Origin: a virus
Taxonomy: Duplodnaviria; Caudoviricetes
Virus record (IMG/VR): IMGVR_UViG_3300008255_000200
Coordinates: 1-43,843 of that record
Length of the DNA: 43,843 nucleotides
Direction: 5' to 3' (one strand)
A program made the position numbers and the translations under genes. This document shows, piece by piece, positions 1 to 9,800 of the stretch (position 1 is the stretch's first letter; each line of letters begins with the position of its first letter). The notes below the pieces were generated by a model. That model did not search any database. It was not told the DNA's origin and saw only the letters and a list, made by a program, of their open reading frames with translations.

Positions 1-239
1 AAGCCGTCCTCGTCCGGATCAAGCGCCTGGAGGACACGCAGCTCACGAAGGACGGCGTGCGGGAAGCTATCGAACTGGCCCTGGCTCATCGCGACAGGGA
101 ACATGAGCACCGTCGGCTGGCGTCGGACAAACTTGCACGCTTCGAACTCCGCGCGACGGTGACCGAAGAGATGGAGAAGTGGTTCCGCCGCCTCCACCAG
201 GAGCTGAGGGAGGAGAACGACAAAGGGGTGACCGAGTGA
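1..239 (+). CDS. Hypothetical protein, 5'-truncated (helical, lysis region)
   Basis: Frame open from the window edge (AVLVRIKRLEDTQ...) to TGA at 237-239, just before the RBS of the next gene. Confidence 0.6.
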   Translation, partial: AVLVRIKRLEDTQLTKDGVREAIELALAHRDREHEHRRLASDKLARFELRATVTEEMEKWFRRLHQELREENDKGVTE

Positions 240-253
240 GTGGAGGTATCCTA

Positions 254-811
254 ATGCCCACACGGACGGAGGAGAAGATGCTCACGACTGGCAGCTGGCG
301 CACGTCGCGCGCCGGGAAGATCGCGGCGATCGGTACCGTGCTCATCGCGCTCGCTCACGTGCTTTCGGGGGACTTCGACCGCCTCGACGTTCCGGTCCTC
401 CTGGAGGCGCTCGGGACGCTCGGTCTTGGGGGTGGCCTTCTCTACGGGTTCCTGCGCGCGCGCGACGACAGCGTCAGCTCCGAGGAGTCCGGCGCGAAGC
501 CGGCGGTCCCTCCGCCGCCCCCGTCGGTCCTGGCGCGCCGGCGCGGGGCGTCCCTGCTGCTCTTGCTCGCGCTGCCGTTCTTCTCTCTCCTCATGCCGTC
601 GTGCTGCACGGTGTCCCCCGAGGCGCGCGTGACCGCTGGCACCCTGGCGAGGTCGCTACCGGTGGTCGCCGACCACGCCGTCGCCGGCCCGCTCACCGAA
701 GAGGAACGCAGGGCGGGCGTCACCCCCGAAGCCAAGGAAGCCACCCTCAGGGCCCTACTCAAGGACGCGATCTACAACGCGGAGCGGCTGCGCCAGGAGC
801 TCGACCAGTGA
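254..811 (+). CDS. Holin-like membrane protein fused to a C-terminal lipoprotein-like (spanin-like) segment
   Basis: GGAGGT at 242-247 precedes ATG 254. Two hydrophobic helices, then ARDDSVSSEESGA, a Pro linker, and RRRGASLLLLLALPFFSLLMPSC (signal peptide with lipobox-like Cys). Confidence 0.55.
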   Translation: MPTRTEEKMLTTGSWRTSRAGKIAAIGTVLIALAHVLSGDFDRLDVPVLLEALGTLGLGGGLLYGFLRARDDSVSSEESGAKPAVPPPPPSVLARRRGASLLLLLALPFFSLLMPSCCTVSPEARVTAGTLARSLPVVADHAVAGPLTEEERRAGVTPEAKEATLRALLKDAIYNAERLRQELDQ

Positions 812-1125
812 GCCTCGAAGGCGCGAAGGAACTTCTCGAGGAGGGCGGCCGCGAGGTCGTCCTCGAACTCCTCGACTTCGCGCACGAACAGGCGCGCGTC
901 CTGCTCTCGCAGCCGAACGTCGACCTCGCGCATGTCCTCGCCGACCACCCGGCGCTAACGGCGCTCCAGCAGGAAGCGCTCCGGCAGCGGCTCATGCGGC
1001 ACGCCTGGTACGCACGCGATGCGCGCACCGAGAAGGAGCGGCAGGAGCGCGGGCAGCGCGCCGCGGAGATCGCGCTCACGGTGCTGCGCTTCGCTCTCGG
1101 GGCGGCGGGTGCCGCGCTCCTGTAA
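808..1125 (+). CDS. Hypothetical protein with hydrophobic C-terminus (possible lysis accessory)
   Basis: GTGA overlap with the upstream stop; ends IALTVLRFALGAAGAALL. Confidence 0.6.
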   Translation: MSLEGAKELLEEGGREVVLELLDFAHEQARVLLSQPNVDLAHVLADHPALTALQQEALRQRLMRHAWYARDARTEKERQERGQRAAEIALTVLRFALGAAGAALL

Positions 1126-1148
1126 CCGCAGCCTGGAGGAGACAAGCC

Positions 1149-2255
1149 GTGGGCGAAGAAGACCTGGCCCTGGCCATGCGCCGACAGCAGATGCAGCGCG
1201 GCTTCCGACAGGCGTCTCGGCAGGGCGTAGGCGATCAGTACGCCATGCGCAACGCCGACGCGATCGGCGAGGCCGGCGGCTACTACAGGCCGCCCGGAGC
1301 CGCGCTCCCGGGTACGCCGGGGGCATACCGCGCCGGGATGGAGACGGAGGGCGGCTGGAACCGCGCGAGCCCCCAGCAGCAGCACAACTACCAGCAGGGC
1401 TACTACCAGCAGCAGCCCGGCGGGAGCTACTTCCAAGGCGGCGGCGGGGCGGGGCGCGTCGTCGGAGCGGGCTCTGGCCAGACGGCGGGGTCCACCGTCA
1501 ACTGGGGCCTGGTCAACGCCTACCAGAACGACCCCTACATGCGGCAGCAGATGCAGGCCGCGGGGCTCATCCCCTCCTTCAACGAGTTCGACATCCGGGA
1601 TGGATCGGGGCGGGTGATCGGCGGGCGGAACATGTACGGGTCGGCGCAGAACCCGTGGAGCCAGGGGCCTAGATCCTTAGCGGAAACTGGCGTAGGCACT
1701 AACCCAGGAGGTGACGCAGCTCGGGGGAGAGGCTACTTTGCTCCTGGGATGCCCGGAGCGTCTGGCGGGCCGAGCGCGGCCCCTCCCTCGCCACCGATGG
1801 CCGGCGGCTTCGGTGGCGGGGGAGGGATGCCTGGCGGTGGAGGCTTCGGAGGCGGTGGGGGCTTCGGAGGCGGGGCTGGAGGCGGCCTCGCGGGGCAGAT
1901 GGCGGGTGTGATCGGGCAGCAGATCAACCGACCGCCCGGCCTCCCCGTGAACCAGATGTTCTCGCAGGTCGCCGACGCGCGGGGCGCCTCCGGACAGCGT
2001 GAAGAGCAGTCCCTGCGGGCTGACTTCGCGCGGCGGGGACAGAGCGGGTCTGCGGCCGAAGCGGCCGCGCTGCGCGACCTCGAAGGCCGGACTTCAGGCG
2101 CGCGGTCCAACGACTACCGCGACCTGCTCGCCCAGGACTACCTCGCGCAGATCCAGAACCGCTACCAGGCGCTCGGCCTCGGGAACAGCTTCCTGCAGGG
2201 TCAGCAGCAGAACCAGAACCAGGGGCTCCAGCTCCTCATGGGGGCCCATACGTGA
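1149..2255 (+). CDS. Gly/Gln-rich putative DNA ejection (internal virion) protein
   Basis: GGAGGAG RBS. Low-complexity Gly/Gln/Asn protein with ARRGQSGS and a Q-rich C-terminus; first of three genes of increasing size, as in podoviral ejection modules. Confidence 0.6.
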   Translation: MGEEDLALAMRRQQMQRGFRQASRQGVGDQYAMRNADAIGEAGGYYRPPGAALPGTPGAYRAGMETEGGWNRASPQQQHNYQQGYYQQQPGGSYFQGGGGAGRVVGAGSGQTAGSTVNWGLVNAYQNDPYMRQQMQAAGLIPSFNEFDIRDGSGRVIGGRNMYGSAQNPWSQGPRSLAETGVGTNPGGDAARGRGYFAPGMPGASGGPSAAPPSPPMAGGFGGGGGMPGGGGFGGGGGFGGGAGGGLAGQMAGVIGQQINRPPGLPVNQMFSQVADARGASGQREEQSLRADFARRGQSGSAAEAAALRDLEGRTSGARSNDYRDLLAQDYLAQIQNRYQALGLGNSFLQGQQQNQNQGLQLLMGAHT

Positions 2256-3820
2256 GCGTCTACAAGCCGCGGGAGATCGCGGACGCGATCGACTCGGGCT
2301 ACCGGCGCTCCCGGGGGATGGCCCCGCGCGGCGCCGAGGATGCCGCGTGGCGGCCGCCACCCACGCCGGATCAGGAGCGCGAGCTCGAGGAGGAGCGTGC
2401 GCAGCGCGCGGCGCAGATCGAGGCCACCCAGGCCCTGACGCAGCAGCGCACCGACGAGGCGCGGCGCAAGGCGGAGGACGACAAGCGGAGCGCGACCGAG
2501 CGGGCGGCGCAGCACTCGGCAGATCTTGCCTCCGCACGCTACTACGCCAAGCTCTTAGGTGAGCCCCTCGACGAGTCGAATCCCACGGGTGCCGCAGCCA
2601 TGGGCCGGCACCTGCGCGATCGGTTCCAGCGCGAGCAGGACCTCGCGCTCACCGAGCGCCGCGAGGGTCGCGCGGATTCGAGCGCGGCGCACCGGAAGGC
2701 GCAGGACAACTTCACGAACGCCATGCGGCGGGCACAGGCGGCGCGGGAGGCGGCGCGCCTCGGCGCCCTCCTCCAGAACCAGGACCAGTCGAAGTATTCC
2801 TCGTCGCTCGCCCGCGAGAGCGAGTACCACCATCGGCTCGCGGCGGAGTTCAACCGCCAGCTCGACCGCCTCGGGAAGGTCCAGATCCTTCCTGTTGTCG
2901 ACGAGAAGAGCGGCGACACGACGGGGTACCGCGCGCAGTGGGTGCCAGCGCACGAGCGCTGGGGCAACCCTGCCGACCCGACCCGACCCCCCGACAGCGC
3001 GTGGGACGAGGCGATGCGCCGGGCGCGGATCTTGGTGCCACCGGTGCCGGGGCGCATGAGCCCGACGGACGGCGAGATGCTCTCGCCACCGCCGGGGGGC
3101 GTCGGTGCCGCCGACGTCGGCGTTCCTGGTGTTGACGGCGGCAGCATGGCGGTCGGCGGGGACGGGAGCCTCGATCGAGCAACGGTCGGCGCGCTGCAGG
3201 AGCTGCTGGAAGATCCCGAGACGCCGATCGAGGAGCGCGAGGAGGCGATCGACCTTCTCGAGGCCGCAGGGGTGCGCACGGACGAACACCGCCGCTTGGC
3301 GCCTGGGCGCGGGCCCGGTGACTCCTCGGCGGACCAACTCCCGCCGCCACCGTCTGAGGACCCCGGCCCGCTCGACGTCTGGCAGGCCGCGCAGCAGCCC
3401 CAGCGGGCGGCGGCCTTCGAGGTCGGACGGGTGGGTCCGGATCCCGGCCAGCTCCCGCAGCGATCCCGGCGGACCGCCAGCGACGCTCGTGGCGTTGCGT
3501 TGAGCGCGATCGAGCTGGCCGACAACCTCAACCTTCACTTGCCCCAGTACCCGGCGTCGTCTCCGGACGCGAAGTACCGCAACTTCATGAACGAGCAGCT
3601 GTCGAAGGGTGTGCCACTGGAGCAAGCCAAGGCCGCTTGGGTCACCTACGACGATCCCTTTGGCCTCTCCGCCGCCGCCCGGGTCAAACCGTCCTCCTAC
3701 GCCAGCCCAACCCGGCAATGGGATGTCATGGAATCCCAGATGGCAGGGGAAGTCAGGCGGCGTGAGCTCGACCAGCGGATCGAACAGCACTACGCCGAGA
3801 TCCTGGCGGGTCTACGATGA
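2252..3820 (+). CDS. Putative ejection/internal virion protein (coiled-coil N-terminus)
   Basis: 522-aa ORF coupled to both neighbours by GTGA/ATGA overlaps. Function inferred from position. Confidence 0.55.
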   Translation: MSVYKPREIADAIDSGYRRSRGMAPRGAEDAAWRPPPTPDQERELEEERAQRAAQIEATQALTQQRTDEARRKAEDDKRSATERAAQHSADLASARYYAKLLGEPLDESNPTGAAAMGRHLRDRFQREQDLALTERREGRADSSAAHRKAQDNFTNAMRRAQAAREAARLGALLQNQDQSKYSSSLARESEYHHRLAAEFNRQLDRLGKVQILPVVDEKSGDTTGYRAQWVPAHERWGNPADPTRPPDSAWDEAMRRARILVPPVPGRMSPTDGEMLSPPPGGVGAADVGVPGVDGGSMAVGGDGSLDRATVGALQELLEDPETPIEEREEAIDLLEAAGVRTDEHRRLAPGRGPGDSSADQLPPPPSEDPGPLDVWQAAQQPQRAAAFEVGRVGPDPGQLPQRSRRTASDARGVALSAIELADNLNLHLPQYPASSPDAKYRNFMNEQLSKGVPLEQAKAAWVTYDDPFGLSAAARVKPSSYASPTRQWDVMESQMAGEVRRRELDQRIEQHYAEILAGLR

Positions 3821-6800
3821 CCAGCGTCGACGACCCCGAGAGCGAAGACGTCTTCGACCGCGCCAACCGCCTCCTCCGTAGACGAGACACCCGGAAGCGT
3901 GCGTCGGCGCTGCTCGAGCGCGCGGCTGCGCGCCGAGGCGAGCGCCTCTCGGGGGCAGCCTGGTCGCAGAGCTACGCCGCAAGCGGGGCAGCAGAAACGG
4001 CGGTGTCACTCGCGCCCGCCGCGCCACCGTCCGCACCTCGCACCCCGCGAGTCGCGCCCGAGCCCCCGGTTTCCGAGGGCGTTTACCGCGACGCGCTCTA
4101 CGGCGCCGACGTAGCAGCGACACCCCGCTACCAGGTCGGGGCCCCTCGCGCCCCCCGGCGCGGCCAGCCGGCAGTGATCCACCCCGACCCCCGCGTGCAG
4201 GCTGCGGTGATGAGCATGGTGCCGCCGGGCGTGAACCCCGCCGTCTACGCGGAAGCGTTCGCGCCGGTCGCTGACCTCCGTGGCCAGCCCTTCGACGCAA
4301 AGATCGACTACGACCGCGTCGAGCGGCACGCGCGCGATGGCTTCATCGCCGCGCCGCTCGCCGGCGGGAAGTGGGGGCTCTACGAGCGCCAGGCCGACGG
4401 GTCGGTGAAGCCCGTCTACACCGCGGACCCGCGGCACGATCCAGAGACGGTGCTCGGCCTCCTGCGGCCGCTGTTCGTGTACCAGACGTCCACTGCGCCG
4501 AAGCAGATGGCGGCCTACGAACAGATCGAGGCACAGCAGGCCCATGAGCACGACGTCAAGGAGCGCGCGAAGGAGGCGCGGTTCGAGCAGCAGCAGACGG
4601 TAGTCGAAGGGCTCGGCGCGGTGCAGCGGGCGGAGGTGGGCGCGCAGCAGCTCCTCCACGGCGCGGACCAGGTGCTCACGACCGCGGCCCAGGGCGCGCT
4701 GCGCGACTTCCCGCGCGCGGCCCTCGAGAAGATGGGCGCGGGCCCCGCCGAGGGCCTCGAACCCTGGAAGGCGAAGGCCCACGGCACGATCCACGGCGTC
4801 GACGTCGCGCAAGCGTCGCGCGAGGGCGCGGGCTGGTGGCGCCAGCAGGCGGGCCACGCCGAGGCGCAGTCGCTCTCGCCACAGAACCTCGAAGCGTTGC
4901 GAGCAGCTGTGGCCGACGTCTCGACGGCGCCCGCGCAGCGCGCGGAGTACAGCGCGCTCCTGGAGCAGCACCAGCGGCAGGCGCCCGAGCGCGACCGCCT
5001 CGGCCACCACGAGGTCGCCCCCGGCAGCACCGACACGACAGCCGCGCCCGGGATCGGCGAGACGATGGCACACCTCCTCGAGACGGGCCGGGTGCCTGAG
5101 GAAGACGCGCCCTGGTGGGCGAACGTGCTGAAGCCATTCGAGGTCGGCGCGGTGCCGTTCGACCTCATGCGCGAGCTCGCGGGCGGGAAGCGGATCACGG
5201 GCGACTGGCGTGCGGACATCCTCCCCGACCTGCTCATGCTCGCGGCCACGCCTGAGGGGTTGCGCTCGATCAGCGCGCTGGGCCGCCGCGTGAAGAACAT
5301 GGACCCGCGCGCGGCGGCGCGCGCGGTCCTCGCCGACCTCAAGTCGATGACGGCTACCGAGGCGCAGGCCGCGCGCCACGCGGCCGAGCGCGGGCTCTTC
5401 GTGGGCGAGATCCCGAACCGGGTCGACGTGCCCGCGCGGCGCGCGTTGCCGAACGTCCGCACGCACAAGATGCCGCAGCCCCCCGGGAGCTCTCCGGCGA
5501 CCGTTCCAGGGGCCGACGAGATCAGCCGCCCGGACACCGCACAGCGGGTGTCTGACCTCATGAGCCAGCGTGCCAGCTCGCCGGCGACCTCCGCGCGCCC
5601 CACCGTCACGTCGGACGACGCCTGGTTCGAGAGCCTCGAGGGCGTCGCGCGCGGGCGCAAGGACCCCAAGGGGACGCGCACGCGCGTCATCGCCCAGGCG
5701 GAGCCCGAGCCGGGCTACACGCTACGCCAGACGCGCCGCCGCACCCCTGAGGACGAGCTCCGCACCCAGGCAGCGCGTGGCGACCGTGAGGGGTACGCGG
5801 ATGCGCTCGAGCGTGTCGAGCGCGCGCGGTCGGTCGGCGGCGAGGATGTGCGGATCACCACGGAGTCGGAGACGCCGGGCTTCCAGCGCGTCGAGGGGCG
5901 GAAGCTGCTGAACCGGAAGGTGGCGCAGATCGAGCGCGCCCTCGCGCGCGAGGACTTGAAGCCCGCGTCGCGGGCGAAGCTCATCGAGGAGCGCGAGCGG
6001 CTGCGGATGCGCCTCGGACACGAGCCGGGCGGCGCGCGCGAGGAGGCGGAGCTCCTGCGGCGCGCGCGCGAGATCGAGGAGGAGGTCACGCCGGGCGGCG
6101 TCGCTGGGCGCCGCGCGCGCGAACGGCGGGACCTCGAAGGTGCGGTCGAGGGACGCACTGATCGCTACGCGCTGAAGGAACGTCTCGAGCCCTACCAGAG
6201 CCCCTTCGAGGATGCGGTCGAGCCGATCGCTGCTGGCGGCGATGCGCGCCTCACCGGGAAGATTCCCCGCGGCCTCGACGACGCCATCGCCAGCGTGAGT
6301 GACCCGACCACGCGCGACACGCTGCGCATCGCGGCGCGCGACGCGCGCGCGGGGAAGCTGGGCGAGGCAAAGGCGGGGCTGCGGCGCGCGGGGCGGCTCG
6401 CGTTCCAGGAGACGGGACTCAAGGACCGGGCCGCGCTCGAGGAGTTCTACCAGCTCATCGAGAGCCGCACTCCCGCCGAGCTGCGCCGCGGCTCGCCCGC
6501 CGAGCGGCTGCGGCGCACGAAGGCGCGCCTCGAGCCCACGCGCCCCGCGGGCAACCGCGAGGGGGAGTGGGCGGACGCGAAGCGCGAACTCGACCGCCCC
6601 GAGGGCGAGCGCGCGGCGCGCAGCGCGGCGCAACGCCAGCGCGAGGTCACCGCGCTCAAGCGCGAGTACGCCGAGGTCATGCGACGCATCGCGAAGCTGC
6701 GCAAGCAGCGCGCGGTCACGCCGGCCGAGGGGGCGCGCGCGTTGCGTCGCCTGAAGCGCGAGTACCGCGCGGGCGCGCGCGCGGTAATGGAGGACTCGCT

Positions 6801-9800
6801 GTCGCGGAACGTGACCGGCACGCAGGCGCAGCGCGGCCGCGTGCAGCGCGCGGTCGACGAGCTCATGGATCGCATCCACGACCCGCGCACGACGCCCCGC
6901 GACCGCGCCGCGGCCTGGGCGCAGGTGCGGCGCTACCAGCGCGCGCTCGACGACCTCGGCGAGGACCCCACGGAGGGAGCAACGGTGACGCCGCGCGCGC
7001 AGCGCGAGGCTCCCAACCTCGACCGCGCGCGGCGCTTCGACATGGTTCTCGCTGAGATCGCGGCCGACGAGGGCGTCCCGCTGCCGCGGTGGCTGTCGCA
7101 GCGCCGGGGCGGCGACCCGGTGGCTGCGCCCGAGGCCCCGGCGGTCTTCCGCGCGCAGGACGCCGGCCCCGAGTACGCCACCGCGCACCCCGGGCTGCGC
7201 TTCCTCCACGTGGAGGAGGACCAGCCGGGGCCCTACGCCCGGCGCGGGCGCCGCGTGGTCTTCGAGGACGCCCAGGGGCGACGGCACGAGGTGCGGGAGC
7301 AGGAGGTGCAGCGCTGGTGGGAAGCGCGGCAGCGCGCGCTCCAGGCGGCACGCGACCGCGCGACTGCGCGGCGGAGCGCTGCCACGGGGGGAGCGCCCGG
7401 GGACGGGCGGCGCGTGATCGAGCTCGACGAGCCGCCCTATCAGGCCGGCCCTGAGGCGCCGGACCCCCAGAGGACGAACCGCTTCCGCCACATCCTCGAC
7501 GAGATCCACGCGGCGGAGGCGGCCCCTGCGGGCGCGGGCGCACCCGAGGCGCCCCTGCCGCCGCGTCGGCTCGAGCTCGACGCGACACCTCCGCCCGCGG
7601 GCACGCGGTCCCCCCGCGAGCTGGCCGCGGCTGCAGATGAGTTAGTCGAGGCTGCGGCCCGCGCAGAGGAGCGCGGCAACCACATCCTCGCGGCGCGCTT
7701 GCGCCAGGCCGCGGACCGAGTGCGCGCGGGTGACGCCGACGGCGAGCTCGACGCGCTCCGGCGGCGCGTCGCGGAAGCTGAGCGCGAGGCCGCGCAACTC
7801 CGCCAGGTCGAGGAAGCCGAACGCCAGGCTACCCCAGCGGAGCGGCGCGCGGCGGCGGAGCAGCGCGCGCGGGAACGACAGCAGGAGCGGGGTCGGCACC
7901 CCGACGCACCCGAACCGGAGGCGCCGCCCGCGCCTCCGCGTGCGACCCGTCGTGCCTCGATGGACGACACCTCGCCGCCCGCGGACGCCTCGCGACCCGT
8001 CGCGCCGGCGGAGCCGACGCCTCCGCCCGCCGCCGCGCAGCGCCCACCGCGCTCGGTGGGTCGCGACAACGCCCTCGTCGTCCACGACTCCGAGAACCGC
8101 GCCTACCCTATCACGGCGGCGCGCGTGGACATCGCCGACCTGTGGGTGTCGTCGACGCCTGGTCCGTTCCAGAGCCGCGACCTCACGCGCCAGTTCGAGA
8201 CGGCGATGATCAGCCGGATGGGGCGCGACTTCGACCGCACGCGCTTCGCCCGCCTCGACACCGGGACGCCGACGGAAGGCGCGCCGGTGATCTGGCGGGA
8301 CCCGGTGGACGGGCGGAACTACGTCCTCGCGGGCAACAAGCGCACGATGGCAGCGCGCCTCGCCGGCATCGAGGGCGAGGTCGACGTCCGCTGGTTCCGT
8401 GGGACGCGCGAAGAGGCCGTGCGCCTCGCCGCCGCGAGCCAGGACAGCGGCGCGGGGACGCGCTCTCCGCTCCAGCGCGCGTCGGCGCGCGCGCAGTCCC
8501 TCGGCCTCGAGGCCACCGACGCTCCCACCAACCTCCCCGCCGCTGGGGTGACCGTCGACAACTTCCGCCAGGTCCTGCACGACAACCCCGCCTTCGCGCG
8601 CAAGCTGCCGCTCACCGGCGAGGCCGCGTCCGACTTCGCGCTCGTCCGCGAAGCGCTCGTCGGGATGCTGCCGCAGCAGGTGCGCGACGTCGCCGCCCTC
8701 GCAGGCGAGGCGTTCGAGGACGCTATCGCCGGCGCCGCGCCGCGCCTGCTCGCGCTCCGCTCCCTCCGCGAGCAGGGGCGCGTGCGCGCGGAGTTCGACG
8801 TCCTCCACCTCTTCGAGCGCGCGTCGGTGATCCTCGCCGAGACGGGCGGCCTCTCGCGCGAAGGGTCGATCTCGGCGTTCGTCACCGAGCTGCGCGACCT
8901 CGTGGCGATGCGCGGCGGCTTCTTCGGCGCCGAGCGGCGCATCGACTCGATCAGCAAGCTCGAGCTCGGCTTCGTGCTGGGCCTGCGTCAGCTCGCGCGC
9001 CGCACCGACCCCGCGGAGGCAACGTCGGCAGCGTTCCGCGCGATCTACGACTTGGCGCTCGCCCCGGAGAACATCCCGGGGCAGCGCGGGCTCTTCGGGC
9101 CCGTTGAGGTCGACGTGATCCGCATGGTCGACGACGCCTTCGGCGAGCGGATCTCGAGCCAGGTGCGGCGGTGGGACGGTCCCCTCGGGATCACCCCCGA
9201 CGACGACCTCTCCGCCTTCGCAGGCGGTGGCCAGTACGCCCCGAAGACCGACGCCTTCGTGACGTTCGGCGAGGGCCACAGCGGGCCGCTCGCGCCGCCC
9301 TCGCCGCGGACGGCCGCGGCGACGCCGAAGGTGCTCTACAACCCCGAGGAGATCCTGCGCTGGACCCTGCAGAAGCTCGGACTCTGGGCGGACAAGCGCG
9401 TCACGAAGCGCATGTACGGCGGCAAGGCCCTCGGGCTGTGGAACCGGTTCAAGCGCGCAATCTCTCTCGCGGACACGCAGGACGTCCCCACCGCGATGCA
9501 CGAGGTCGGCCACGGGCTCGTCTCGAGCGGCTGGTTCAACGCCGCCCACCCGACCGCTGCGGGCCCGCCGGGCCTCAACGCTCTCCCACGCCCGGTGCAG
9601 ATGGAGCTCGGCGTGATGTCCGCGTCGCGATGGGCGGGCGGCTACCCGCCGTCGAAGTGGGTAGAGGAGGGCTTCGTCGAGGCCTTCGCCCAGTGGGCGG
9701 TCTACAACAACCACCACGCGCTCGTGCCGCAGTGGGCGCGCTGGTGGGACGACTGGCTGATCGCGAACCCCGACAAGGCAGCGGTCCTCGAGCGCACGCG

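Noticed and set aside
1800-1890. GGCGGCTTCGG-type repeats
   Set aside because: Explained by GGGF/GGGG low-complexity coding sequence.
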